From Thermodesulfobacteriota bacterium (GTDB lineage Bacteria > Desulfobacterota_D > UBA1144 > Nemesobacterales > Mycalebacteriaceae): DNA of 64,000 bases. Positions 49,147 to 61,626 of this stretch are shown piece after piece (positions within the stretch are counted from its first letter, which is position 1; each line of letters opens with the position of its first letter). The notes beneath the pieces were generated by a model. It saw only the letters and a list, made by a program, of their open reading frames with translations. It searched no databases and was not told the origin of the DNA. Location: contig OZ242184.1 in NCBI GenBank assembly GCA_965205855.1, positions 320,001 through 384,000 on the forward strand. Direction: 5' to 3'. The position numbers and the translations under genes were made by a program.

Positions 49147-49568
49147 AGGCGAATGAAAACGGAAGTCTTTACCACATAGCAATCGCAGTAAAAGATCTTG
49201 CGCAATCTGAAAAACTTTATGAAACGGTTATGGGTCTGAAGGTAACTCATAGGGAAGAGGTTGCCTCGCAGGGAGTCAAGGCATCAATGCTTCAGCCTAG
49301 CAGCGGAGAGGGAACGGCGATTGAGCTGCTTGAGCCTACGGACAAGGATTCGCCGGTATGGAAGTTTCTTGAAAAGAGAGGAGAGGGGATACACCACATC
49401 TGTTTTTTTGTTGATGACATAGAGAAATCCCTCAAGGAATTAAAAGAGCGCGGAGTTCGGTTGATAGATGAGACGCCTAGAGAGGGCGCTTACAATTCAA
49501 AGGTGGCTTTTATTCATCCCAAAGCCGTAAACGGTGTTTTAATAGAACTCGCCGAAATGCCGGCGTAG
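49143..49568 (+). CDS. mce: Methylmalonyl-CoA epimerase
   Basis: HIAIAV, QGV, IELLEP, GEGIHHI, FIHPK...GVLIEL. Confidence 0.92.
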   Translation: MKANENGSLYHIAIAVKDLAQSEKLYETVMGLKVTHREEVASQGVKASMLQPSSGEGTAIELLEPTDKDSPVWKFLEKRGEGIHHICFFVDDIEKSLKELKERGVRLIDETPREGAYNSKVAFIHPKAVNGVLIELAEMPA

Positions 49569-49573
49569 CGGGT

Positions 49574-49783
49574 TTAACCTTTCGGGGAGCGGAATTCGGA
49601 GTTGTCTGTTTTGTTACTTTCGTCTTCGCCGTTCGGGGGAGTTTCTTCCCCGTCAATCGACCTGCGAAAACTTCTTATTCCTTTTCCAAGCGAAGAGCCG
49701 ATTGCTCCAAGCCTGCTCGGTCCGAAAACCAGCAGAACAATTACAAGAACAATTATAAGTTCGGTTATTCCTACTGAACCCAT
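49574..49783 (-). CDS. tatA: Twin-arginine translocase TatA
   Basis: EL.IVL.IVLLVFG..RL..IG.SLGKGIR.F. Confidence 0.9.
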   Translation of the reverse strand: MGSVGITELIIVLVIVLLVFGPSRLGAIGSSLGKGIRSFRRSIDGEETPPNGEDESNKTDNSEFRSPKG

Positions 49784-49850
49784 AGGCTTATGTTACTGAA
49801 TGAAAACGGGGATTGCAATTGACGTATGTTTTCTCCGCACTGCGGAATTA

Positions 49851-50786
49851 TTAGGATTGCTCTTCAAGAAATTTTTCCGCGTCAATGGCGGCGGCGCAAC
49901 CGCTTCCTGCGGCGGTGATTGCTTGTCTGTAACGTCTGTCTTGAACATCTCCCGCAGCAAAAACACCCGCAATGTTCATCTCGCTTGTGTCGGGTTTTGT
50001 GATGAGATAACCGTTCTCATCCATATCCAGCAGATCTTTGAAAATTGAAGTGTTAGGAATATGCCCTATCGCAAGAAACATTCCCTCGCACGGTTTTTCG
50101 GAGGTTTCTCCGGTTTTGAGGTTTTTCAGAATAACGCTTTCGACCCCTTTCTCTTCGGAGCCGCACACTTCTTCAATTCCGGAGTCCCAGATAAAATCTA
50201 TCTTTGGATTCTCAAACGCGCGTTCCTGCATTATCTTTGACGCGCGCAGTGTGTCGCGTCTGTGAATGACGCTAACCTTTGACGCGAATCTTGTGAGGAA
50301 ATGCGCTTCCTCAAGAGCGCTGTCTCCTCCACCGATAACGACTATCTCCTTGTCCTTGAAAAAGAACCCGTCGCAAGTCGCGCAGGTGGACACGCCTCTG
50401 CCGAGAAGTTTTTTCTCCGATTCAAGTCCGAGCGTTCTCGCGGACGCTCCGGAGCAGACTATGAGGGTTTCGGCGGTTATTTCTTCGCCGGATGTGGTTG
50501 TGATTTTGAAAGGGCGAGACGAAAGGTCAGCGGATGATATCTCGTCATTGACGCACTGTGCGCCGAAACGCTGTGCCTGTTTTCTCATTGAGTCTATAAG
50601 TTCCGGGCCCTGGACTCCTTCGGGAAAACCGGGGAAGTTCTCAACCTCGGTTGTGAGCGTCAACTGCCCTCCGGCCTCAAAACCTTCAAAAACAAGCGGT
50701 TCAAGGTTTGCCCGTGCCGTGTAGAGTGCGGCGGTCAGCCCTGCAGGGCCCGAACCCATTATTACAACTTTGAGATGCTTGTCCAT
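49851..50786 (-). CDS. trxB: Thioredoxin reductase
   Basis: GSGPAG, GGQL, CATCDG, GGGDSA.EE, AAGDV. Confidence 0.97.
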   Translation of the reverse strand: MDKHLKVVIMGSGPAGLTAALYTARANLEPLVFEGFEAGGQLTLTTEVENFPGFPEGVQGPELIDSMRKQAQRFGAQCVNDEISSADLSSRPFKITTTSGEEITAETLIVCSGASARTLGLESEKKLLGRGVSTCATCDGFFFKDKEIVVIGGGDSALEEAHFLTRFASKVSVIHRRDTLRASKIMQERAFENPKIDFIWDSGIEEVCGSEEKGVESVILKNLKTGETSEKPCEGMFLAIGHIPNTSIFKDLLDMDENGYLITKPDTSEMNIAGVFAAGDVQDRRYRQAITAAGSGCAAAIDAEKFLEEQS

Positions 50787-50824
50787 AAAACCGGGACTCT
50801 GAAAAACCCGTATATTATATTGCC

Positions 50825-51832
50825 ATGCATGAAAATAACAAAATGCGCCAAAATAAAGCGGAAGATGAAACTGTTTCCGCTCAATACTCTCGCGCGGAAA
50901 AAGACTCCGCCGTTGTTGATATTTCCGGACGAGGCAAGCTTGTTCTCGGCGGAAAAGACCATTTGAAATTTCTTCAGGGTATGCTCACAAACGATGTTCT
51001 GAAACCGCGCGACGGAGAGGGTGCTTACTCCTTTATGCTCAACCAGAAAGGCAGGGTTCTCACAGACATGAGGCTGTTCAGAAAGGAGCGGGAGACGCTT
51101 GTTGACATTGAGGCGCAAGCTGCGGAAAAAACCGCACTGCGCCTGGAAACTTTTAAACTATCCTACAAGGTTGATATCGCAAGGGACGAAAACCGCGCGC
51201 TTTTTCATCTTTTCGGACAGCGCGCGGAAGAAGCCATTGTACGGTTTCTTGATTGCGCCGTGAAGATAAAACAGTTTGACCATTTTGACTCCACAGTCGC
51301 GGGCGCGCGGGTATGGATGGCGCGGGTTGATAGAAGCGGCAAAACCGGATTTGACATTGAAGCCGAGCCCGGCAACTCCGGAAAAATACTTGAATTGTTA
51401 AAAGAAACCGGCGTTTTTCCGGCAAGCCCCGAAGTTCTTGAAATTATGAGAGTGGAAGCCGGAATCCCGCGATACGGAAAAGATATGGACGAATCCGTGA
51501 TAGCGCCGGAAACTGGTCTTTTGCAGGCTGTGTCTTTTGAAAAGGGATGCTATGTGGGTCAGGAAATTGTCGCCAGAGCCCACTGGCGGGGCAGGGTGAA
51601 CAGGCAGCTTTCGGGGTTTTTATTCAGAGGGCAAACTGTGCCGCGCGAAGAAACCGGAATTGTTTCTCTGGGTGGAGACGCCATTGGACGTATAACATCT
51701 TCGGTTTATTCGCCGCGTTTTGGCGTGGCCGCGATGGGATATATAAGGCGCGAATTCAAGAGCGTCGGAACGGAAATTAAAACCGAAACGGGACTCGAGG
51801 GGAAGGTCGCGGATTTTTCTCCGGACGGGTGA
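50825..51832 (+). CDS. YgfZ/GcvT-like folate-binding protein
   Basis: FLQGMLTND, KGCYVGQE signature. Confidence 0.9.
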   Translation: MHENNKMRQNKAEDETVSAQYSRAEKDSAVVDISGRGKLVLGGKDHLKFLQGMLTNDVLKPRDGEGAYSFMLNQKGRVLTDMRLFRKERETLVDIEAQAAEKTALRLETFKLSYKVDIARDENRALFHLFGQRAEEAIVRFLDCAVKIKQFDHFDSTVAGARVWMARVDRSGKTGFDIEAEPGNSGKILELLKETGVFPASPEVLEIMRVEAGIPRYGKDMDESVIAPETGLLQAVSFEKGCYVGQEIVARAHWRGRVNRQLSGFLFRGQTVPREETGIVSLGGDAIGRITSSVYSPRFGVAAMGYIRREFKSVGTEIKTETGLEGKVADFSPDG

Positions 51833-51878
51833 AGATTCCTGTGGAAAAAGAGCTGTCTGACCGCTCCACAATCTCTGA

Positions 51879-54464
<2,586 letters not shown>

Positions 54465-54467
54465 GTT

Positions 54468-57023
54468 ATGCAGGACTATTCGCGATTTCTCAGCCGTTGT
54501 TCAAGTTGGGAGCAGTTTTCGGATTACACAGGCTCCCTGAAAACCGCGAAAGAGAAGGGCGACCTTTTTGAAAAACTGGTTTGGACATATCTGACAGTCC
54601 ATCCCGAATACAGGACAAAGCTTTCCAATGTTTGGTTGCTCCGCGATGTTCCGCAGGCGGTTACCCGCAAGCTCAATCTTCCGTCTGCCGACGAGGGTAT
54701 AGACCTGATTGCGCAAGCTCGCGGCGGCGGGTTCTGGGCGATACAGGCAAAATACAGGTCTGACAAAGACAAAGCGCTGAACACCCGCGACCTTGCGAAG
54801 TTTTTGCACCTTTCTTTTACCCATTGTAACGGCATAACCCACGGCGTTATTGCGCACACGACTTCAAAGCCCGTACGGAAAAAAAATTTGCTTGGTAATG
54901 TGGTTGAAATCGGTCTTTCGCGCTGGCAGGAACTCTCGCCCGAAGGGTGGGACGCAATCCGCGCGAAGGTGGCGAACAAGGTTCACAATCTCGTGCCGCG
55001 CAAACCGAGGAGACATCAGAAGGCGGCAATCGCCAACATACGCAAGCATTACGCGGAAGAAAAAAAGCCGAGGGGCAGGATGATTATGCCTTGCGCGTCC
55101 GGAAAAAGTCTCACGGCGTTCTGGGCAGCGCAAGCCCTTAAAGCGAAGACGGTTGTTCTTGCCGTGCCGAGTCTTTTGCTCGTAAAGCAAAGCGTCAAAG
55201 ACTGGACTCGCGAGTATCTCGCCCATAATGAGACACCGGACTGGCTTTGTGTTTGCAGCGATGAGACTGTTGGCAAGATAGAGGACAGTTTTGTTTCAAA
55301 CATATACGAAACGGGGCTTCCGACCACAACGGACGCAAAAGAGATAGCAGACTTTCTGAGAAAACGCTCATCTGTGCCGAGGGTGATTTTTACAACCTAC
55401 CAAAGCAGTCCCCGGCTTGCGGAGGCGGCGCGCAAGTCCGGGCGCGAGATAGACCTCTGCATACTGGACGAAGCGCACAAGACAGTCGGGGAAAAAGATT
55501 CCGCTTTTGCGACCTTGCTTGACAACAGGAAACTGAAAATCAAAAGGCGGCTTTTTATGACTGCCACAGAAAGGGTTCTTCACGGAAAAAACGATGAAGT
55601 TCTGTCAATGGATGACGAGCGGACTTACGGCGGGTGTTTTTATCAACTCACATTCAGGCAAGCGATTGAGGACGGCATTATATGCGATTATAAGATTCTG
55701 ACTCTTACGATTTTGGACGCGCAGGTACGCGAGATTGTTGAGAGAAACAGACTTGTGAAAGACAGATTGCTTGCTCAGCAGACCCGTGAGTCCGCGCCGC
55801 TTGCCGCGGGAATTGCGCTCGGCAAGGTGTTCAACGAACACTGCATTAAACACGCGGTTTCATTTCACAAAAGCATAAAATCCGCTACCGATTTCAAATC
55901 CCAGCAGGAAGACCTTTCAAAGTCTCGCGTTATCAAAACAAAGATTGAGAACTTTCATATTTCAAGCAATCTGTCCGCCGGAGAGCGAACGGTTGTGATG
56001 CGCGATTTTGAGCAATCCCAAAGGTCTCTTATAACAAACGCCAGATGTTTGACCGAAGGGGTTGATGTTCCCGCGATTGATTGTGTTCTTTTTGCAGATC
56101 CCAAGCACAGCGTTATTGACATTGTTCAAGCGGCGGGAAGGGCGATGCGTCCGAAAGAGGGAAAAGAGAGGGGCTACATACTCCTGCCGATTGTTGTGCC
56201 GGACGGGATGAGTGTTGAGGAATTTGCGGAAACAACCCCGTTCAAAAAGGTTGCAAGTCAGATTACCGCGCTGTCCACTCAGGACGAGAGAGTCAAGGAA
56301 GAGTTCAGGGCGATTACCGAAGGGAAAAGGCCAAGCGCGCAAGGGCGGCTTTTTTCAATCAGCGGCGATGTTCCCGCCGGAATGAATATCAGTCTCAAAC
56401 AGTTTTCCGATGCGATTGAAAGCAAAATTTGGGAAAAGGTTGCCAAAGTTAATTGGAGGGTTTTTAAAGAAGCGCGGGATTATGCGCAGTCGTTGAGACT
56501 AAAAAGTGCAACGGAATGGCGCGAACACACAAAGTCATCCGATTTTCCGTCAGATATTCCTGTTGATCCCAACCGAACATACAAAGACAAAGGATGGGTT
56601 AATTGGGGAGATTGGCTTGGGACTGGAAATATAGCTAATTTTCTCAAAGAGTACCGTTCTTTTAAAGAAGCGCGGGATTATGCGCAGTCGTTGCAACTAA
56701 GAAGTAGAACGGAATGGCGCGAACACACAAAGTCATCCGATTTTCCGTCAGGTATTCCTGTTGATCCCTACCGAACATACAAAGACAAAGGATGGGTTAA
56801 TTGGGGAGATTGGCTTGGGACTGGAAATATAGCTAATTTTCTCAAAGAGTACCGTTCTTTTAAAGAAGCGCGGGATTATGCGCAGTCGTTGAGACTAAAA
56901 AGTGCAACGGAATGGCGCGAACACACAAAGTCATCCGATTCTCCGTCAGATATTCCTGTTGCTCCCGACCAAATATACAAAGACAAAGGATGGGTTAATT
57001 GGGGAGATTGGCTTGGAAAATAA
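54468..57023 (+). CDS. Mrr-like endonuclease - SF2 (DEAH) helicase with C-terminal integrase-repeat-like (INT_rpt) tandem repeats
   Basis: KGDLFE...DEGIDL...AIQAK; MPCASGKS, TTYQS, DEAH, MTAT, NARCLTEGVD, QAAGRAMR; three FKEAR...GW..W.DWLG repeats. Confidence 0.85.
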   Translation: MQDYSRFLSRCSSWEQFSDYTGSLKTAKEKGDLFEKLVWTYLTVHPEYRTKLSNVWLLRDVPQAVTRKLNLPSADEGIDLIAQARGGGFWAIQAKYRSDKDKALNTRDLAKFLHLSFTHCNGITHGVIAHTTSKPVRKKNLLGNVVEIGLSRWQELSPEGWDAIRAKVANKVHNLVPRKPRRHQKAAIANIRKHYAEEKKPRGRMIMPCASGKSLTAFWAAQALKAKTVVLAVPSLLLVKQSVKDWTREYLAHNETPDWLCVCSDETVGKIEDSFVSNIYETGLPTTTDAKEIADFLRKRSSVPRVIFTTYQSSPRLAEAARKSGREIDLCILDEAHKTVGEKDSAFATLLDNRKLKIKRRLFMTATERVLHGKNDEVLSMDDERTYGGCFYQLTFRQAIEDGIICDYKILTLTILDAQVREIVERNRLVKDRLLAQQTRESAPLAAGIALGKVFNEHCIKHAVSFHKSIKSATDFKSQQEDLSKSRVIKTKIENFHISSNLSAGERTVVMRDFEQSQRSLITNARCLTEGVDVPAIDCVLFADPKHSVIDIVQAAGRAMRPKEGKERGYILLPIVVPDGMSVEEFAETTPFKKVASQITALSTQDERVKEEFRAITEGKRPSAQGRLFSISGDVPAGMNISLKQFSDAIESKIWEKVAKVNWRVFKEARDYAQSLRLKSATEWREHTKSSDFPSDIPVDPNRTYKDKGWVNWGDWLGTGNIANFLKEYRSFKEARDYAQSLQLRSRTEWREHTKSSDFPSGIPVDPYRTYKDKGWVNWGDWLGTGNIANFLKEYRSFKEARDYAQSLRLKSATEWREHTKSSDSPSDIPVAPDQIYKDKGWVNWGDWLGK
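56463..57017 (+). repeat. Intragenic tandem repeat, 198-bp unit, about 2.8 copies
   Basis: Units start at 56463, 56661 and 56859 (TTTAAAGAAGCGCGGGATTATGCG...). Unit 1 vs 2 differ at 7 nt. Confidence 0.97.
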
Positions 57024-57051
57024 GCCGCTTTCAATTTCCGATTGGGGGCTA

Positions 57052-58779
57052 TCAGATTTTAAATTGGACGCTAATCAATAATCCCACAACCCTTTCCGCC
57101 GCTTTCTCAATCTCAACATTCTCCGTCTTATCCGTCAGGCGGTTCTTAACCTCAACCACTCCGTTTTTGAGTCCTCTCGGTCCCGCGATAATCTGAAACG
57201 GAATTCCAATCAGCTCGCAGTCTTTGAATTTTACGCCCGCGCTTTCGTCCCTGTCGTCAATCAGGGCGTCTATGCCCGCTTCAATGAGTTTTTTATAGAT
57301 GCCTTCTGCGACCGAAACTGTTTGCTCATTGCCCATGCTTGTTGGAATAACGGCGACTTCAAAAGGCGCTATGGCGGGCGGAATAACCATTGATTTGCCG
57401 TCGTTGTTCTGCTCTATTGCGGCGGCGGCGGTTCTGCCTATTCCTATTCCGTAACATCCCATTACAAACGGCTTCTCGCTTCCGTCCGAATCGGTGAAAG
57501 CAGCCTCCATCGCCTCGCTGTATTTTGTTCCGAGCATAAAAACATGGCCAACCTCTATGCCCCTTATTGAAGACAGTTTTCCGCCTTCGCACGACGGGCA
57601 GCCGTCCCCGTCCGCTGCGACACGGATGTCAAGAAATGCGTCCGGGGTGAAATCCCTTCCTTCGCTCACATTTGTTATGTGCGCGTCTTTTCTGTTAGCG
57701 CCCGCAACGGCATTTGTCATTGCGCGAATTGAAATGTCCGCAACTATTTTGACTTTCTCCTTCATTCCCACGGGCCCGCTGAAACCCACCGCGCCGCCGC
57801 AGACGCGCATAATCTCTTCCGCATTCGCAAGTTCGGCGGTTTCTGTGCCGAGCGCCTTTTTCAGTTTTGTCAGACTGAGTTCCCCGTCTCCGCGCACAAG
57901 AGCGGCAACCGTCCCGTCGTTTGTTGAAATAATCATCGTCTTTATCAAATCGGACGGACTTACTCCGAGAAATTTTGCGACATCCCCGACCGTTTTCATC
58001 CCCGGAGTTTCAACCTCACTGATTTCGCCGGGGTTTGCTCCAGTTTTTTCCGTCTCCGCTTCCGCTACCCCCGCAAGTTCGAGGTTTGCCGCATAGCCGC
58101 ACTTTTTACATGTCATCACAACATCCTCGCCCGTGGGAGCGAGAACCATGAACTCGTGCGACTCGCTTCCGCCGATGTTTCCCGTGTCCGCAAGCACGAC
58201 ACGAAACTCAAGGCCACAACGTTTGAAAATTCTGTTGTATGCGTCAAACATTTTTCCGTATGAGATTTTTGCGTTCTCAACAGAGGAGTCAAAGCTGTAT
58301 GCGTCCTTCATTATAAATTCGCGCGCGCGCATTATGCCGAAACGGGGGCGGATTTCATCCCTGAATTTTGTCTGTATCTGATAGAAATTCACGGGAAGGT
58401 CTTTGTAGGAACGTAAATCTCTCGCGGCTAGGTCGGTGATTATCTCCTCATGCGTGGGGCCTATGCAGAAATCCCTGTCCGCTCTGTCGTGCAAACGCAG
58501 GAGTTCCTTGCCGTAATGGTCCCACCTGCCGCTTTTTTTCCAGAGCTCGGCGGGAAGAACGGTCGGAAGAAGCGCCTCAATCGCGCCCGAAGTGTTCATC
58601 TCTTCACGGACTATTTTTTCTATTTTTCTCAAAAATCGCAGACCGAGCGGCAGATAGTCGTATATTCCCGCCGCGACTTTTCTTATCATCCCGGCGCGCG
58701 CCATAAGTTTGTGGCTTGCGACTTCAGCGTCCGCGGGGTCGTTCTTGAGAGTCGGTATGAAATATGAGGAAAATCTCAA
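57052..58779 (-). CDS. proS: Proline-tRNA ligase (with INS editing domain)
   Basis: SHKLM.RAG, GPTHEE, FRDEIRPRFG, GIEVGH.F, MGCYGIG. Likely TTG at 58779. Confidence 0.97.
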   Translation of the reverse strand: MRFSSYFIPTLKNDPADAEVASHKLMARAGMIRKVAAGIYDYLPLGLRFLRKIEKIVREEMNTSGAIEALLPTVLPAELWKKSGRWDHYGKELLRLHDRADRDFCIGPTHEEIITDLAARDLRSYKDLPVNFYQIQTKFRDEIRPRFGIMRAREFIMKDAYSFDSSVENAKISYGKMFDAYNRIFKRCGLEFRVVLADTGNIGGSESHEFMVLAPTGEDVVMTCKKCGYAANLELAGVAEAETEKTGANPGEISEVETPGMKTVGDVAKFLGVSPSDLIKTMIISTNDGTVAALVRGDGELSLTKLKKALGTETAELANAEEIMRVCGGAVGFSGPVGMKEKVKIVADISIRAMTNAVAGANRKDAHITNVSEGRDFTPDAFLDIRVAADGDGCPSCEGGKLSSIRGIEVGHVFMLGTKYSEAMEAAFTDSDGSEKPFVMGCYGIGIGRTAAAAIEQNNDGKSMVIPPAIAPFEVAVIPTSMGNEQTVSVAEGIYKKLIEAGIDALIDDRDESAGVKFKDCELIGIPFQIIAGPRGLKNGVVEVKNRLTDKTENVEIEKAAERVVGLLISVQFKI

Positions 58780-58810
58780 TTTGTTATGTCCCGCCGGAGA
58801 AGAGATGGCA

Positions 58811-59869
58811 TTACAATGCGTATTCACGAATCTCTTTTATGAGTTCGTCAACAATCCGGGATTCCTTGAAAGAGCGCACAAGTTTGCCGTTTTTGTAAAG
58901 TATTCCCTTGCCCCTTCCGCCAGCGATTCCGATGTCCGCATCGCTTGCCTCGCCGGGTCCGTTAACAGCACAACCGAGAATCGCCACTTTTACGGGTTTG
59001 GACAGGCGCATTGTCTTTGTGCGTTTTTCAACATCTTCCACAAGTTTTATCAAATCTATCTCAAGCCGTCCGCAACCCGGACACGAGATGATTTCAACGC
59101 CGCTTTTTCTCATTCCTATTGATTTCAGTATGTCTATGCCGACCGCCACTTCGCTTACCGGATCGCCCGTGAGAGAGACGCGGATTGTGTCACCGATTCC
59201 CTTTGACAGCAGAGCGCCAATTCCGACCGAGGATTTTATCGTTCCCATTGCCGGGGTTCCCGCTTCAGTAACGCCGAGATGGAGAGGGTATTCGGTCATT
59301 TCAGCGATAATTTCATACGCCTCTATCATCCTTAGCACATCGGTTGATTTCACCGATATTTTAATGTCGTGAAAGTCAAGGTCTTCAAGGATTTCAACAT
59401 GCCTCATCGCGCTTTCGGCAAGCGCGGTGCCTGTTGGCGAGCCGTGTTTGCGCAGGATGTCCTTTTCAAGAGAGCCGGAATTCACTCCTATTCTTATCGG
59501 GATTTTTCTCTCCTTGCACGCCGCTACAACTTTCATTATCTTAGTTGTTGAGCCAATGTTTCCGGGGTTTATTCTCATTGCGTCAACGCCTTGTCCGATG
59601 GCGGCAAGGGCGAGTTTGTGGTCAAAATGGATGTCCGAAACAAGCGGTATGTTTGTCTGGCGTTTTATTTCGCCGAGAGCGTTTGCAGCATCTATGTCCG
59701 GAACCGCAAGGCGGACAATGTCGCAACCGGCCTCTTCAAGCCGTTTGATTTCCTCAACGGTTGAGGAAACATCGCGCGTGTCGGTTTTTGTCATGGACTG
59801 AACCGAAACCGGCGAGCCGCCGCCGACCTCTACAGCGCCTATTTTGATTTTTCTGGAAACTCTCCGCAA
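58811..59869 (-). CDS. ispG: HMBPP synthase
   Basis: VQSMT, DIHFD, RINPGN, HLGVTEAG, SCPGCGR, GCAVNGPGE. Confidence 0.97.
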   Translation of the reverse strand: MRRVSRKIKIGAVEVGGGSPVSVQSMTKTDTRDVSSTVEEIKRLEEAGCDIVRLAVPDIDAANALGEIKRQTNIPLVSDIHFDHKLALAAIGQGVDAMRINPGNIGSTTKIMKVVAACKERKIPIRIGVNSGSLEKDILRKHGSPTGTALAESAMRHVEILEDLDFHDIKISVKSTDVLRMIEAYEIIAEMTEYPLHLGVTEAGTPAMGTIKSSVGIGALLSKGIGDTIRVSLTGDPVSEVAVGIDILKSIGMRKSGVEIISCPGCGRLEIDLIKLVEDVEKRTKTMRLSKPVKVAILGCAVNGPGEASDADIGIAGGRGKGILYKNGKLVRSFKESRIVDELIKEIREYAL

Positions 59870-59927
59870 ACTGCGGACAAAAATAGTTTATGGGGCATGG
59901 AGTGTCAAGCGGAAAACTCCCCGTCCG

Positions 59928-60587
59928 TCAGGCGTAGAGGTCATCTCTTGCGTATTGCGGCGCAAAGGAAAACGCGGTCTCGGTTTTCCCTTCCTTCATT
60001 AAACGCAACCCCAGTTTCGCGCATACAGACGCCTTTGAGGGCTGAACTTGGAACTTCGGGCACGGAAGGGGGGTTATTGCGCCGGAAAAGAGAGCGCCTT
60101 CCTGCAAAACGGCGATGAGCGGGGTTTGCGTGATTTTATCCAGCCGTTTTTGCAACTCATGCGGTTTTGTAGTCATATCTTCGGACAGCCTTGTCGTTTC
60201 TCCTCTCTGTTTTTTAAAAAGAGCCCAGAAAAACATCCCGCTTCTTGCGTCTATGGCGCAGCACACCACGCAGTCTGGCGGGCAGTCCGCGCTTGCGGCA
60301 AGGATTTCAAGGGACGGAACGGGAGCGATTGGAATGTTGAGCGCGAACGCGAATGATTTTGCCACCGCCGCGCCCACCTTGAGAGGGGTGAAGAAACCCG
60401 GGCCGGACGAGACGGCTATCAGGCTTATTTCACTCTTTTCAGAGGCGGTTTCTTTTAGAAGCTTATCCACACAGAGGGGAAGCTCTTCGGCGTTTTTTGT
60501 TACGGAGCGTTCGGCGAGTGTTTTCTCTTCGTCCGCAATGGCGACGCTTCCCCGGTGGGTTGAAGACTCAATGGCAAGAACCTTCAT
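59928..60587 (-). CDS. tsaB: tRNA t6A biosynthesis protein TsaB
   Basis: LAIESS, GPG.FT..K.G, IDAR, P.Y.R. Confidence 0.85.
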   Translation of the reverse strand: MKVLAIESSTHRGSVAIADEEKTLAERSVTKNAEELPLCVDKLLKETASEKSEISLIAVSSGPGFFTPLKVGAAVAKSFAFALNIPIAPVPSLEILAASADCPPDCVVCCAIDARSGMFFWALFKKQRGETTRLSEDMTTKPHELQKRLDKITQTPLIAVLQEGALFSGAITPLPCPKFQVQPSKASVCAKLGLRLMKEGKTETAFSFAPQYARDDLYA

Positions 60588-60589
60588 TA

Positions 60590-61615
60590 TCAGGAATCTT
60601 TGACTCCGGCCTGCGTGAGAATTGCCTTTCGTATCTCGCGCGCGAGCGGAAGGTTTTCGGCGAGAAACTCAACCGTTTTCTGCCTTCCCTGTCCGAGTTT
60701 CTTGTCTCCGTAGGAAAAATACGCGCCCTTTTGCTGGATTATTTTGTATTGTGTTCCGATGTCGATAATCTCGCCAAATTTGGAAATTCCTTTTCCGTAG
60801 ACTATCTCCACCTCGGCAGCCCTGAACGGCGGTGCGACCTTGTTTTTCACCACGCGCACCCTTGCCTTGATTCCGGTTATTTTGTCGTCCTTATCTTTCA
60901 TTGAGGAGATTCTTCTCACATCCATTCTTACTGAGGAGTAAAAACGCAAAGCCGTTCCTCCGGTTGTCGTTTCGGGATTCATATAGGAGGGAACCCCGAT
61001 TTTTTGCCTTGTCTGGTTTATAAATATGACCGTGGTTCCGGATTTGGAGACGCTTCCGGTAAGTTTTCTGAGAGCCTGAGACATCAGCCTTGCCTGAAGT
61101 CCGACATGAGAATCGCCCATTTCGCCGTCTATTTCCGCTTTCGGAACAAGTGCGGCGACCGAGTCAATAACCACAAGATCAACCGTGCCGCTTTTTACCA
61201 GAGTGTCCACTATTTCAAGCGCCTGTTCGCCGCTGTCGGGTTGCGAAACAAGCATCTCCCTGAGGTTCACTCCGAGAGCCCTTGTGTAACGCGGGTCAAG
61301 CGCATGCTCCGCATCCACAAACGCGGCGATGCCTCCCTTTTTCTGGCACTCGGCGATGGCGCTTATGGCAATGGTTGTTTTTCCCGAAGACTCCGCGCCG
61401 TAAATCTCAATAACCCTTCCTCTCGGCAAACCCCCGACTCCGAGAGCGATGTTTATCCCTATGGAGCCAGTGGATATAACCTGAATGTCGGACACTTTCC
61501 CGTCTGCGCCGAGGGTCATAATTGCTCCCTCTCCGAACTGTTTTTGTATGAGAGAGATAACCTTGTCCACTGAACTTTTTGTTTCACCGGGTTGGGCTTG
61601 TTCTTTTGTCGCCAT
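60590..61615 (-). CDS. recA: Recombinase RecA
   Basis: [32 protein letters not shown]. Confidence 0.98.
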   Translation of the reverse strand: MATKEQAQPGETKSSVDKVISLIQKQFGEGAIMTLGADGKVSDIQVISTGSIGINIALGVGGLPRGRVIEIYGAESSGKTTIAISAIAECQKKGGIAAFVDAEHALDPRYTRALGVNLREMLVSQPDSGEQALEIVDTLVKSGTVDLVVIDSVAALVPKAEIDGEMGDSHVGLQARLMSQALRKLTGSVSKSGTTVIFINQTRQKIGVPSYMNPETTTGGTALRFYSSVRMDVRRISSMKDKDDKITGIKARVRVVKNKVAPPFRAAEVEIVYGKGISKFGEIIDIGTQYKIIQQKGAYFSYGDKKLGQGRQKTVEFLAENLPLAREIRKAILTQAGVKDS

Positions 61616-61626
61616 TTTATTACTCC

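Noticed and set aside
56463-57017. Repeats as a DGR template/variable pair or a CRISPR array
   Set aside because: Differences are not restricted to adenines, no reverse transcriptase is in the window, and the units are contiguous, in frame and have no spacers.
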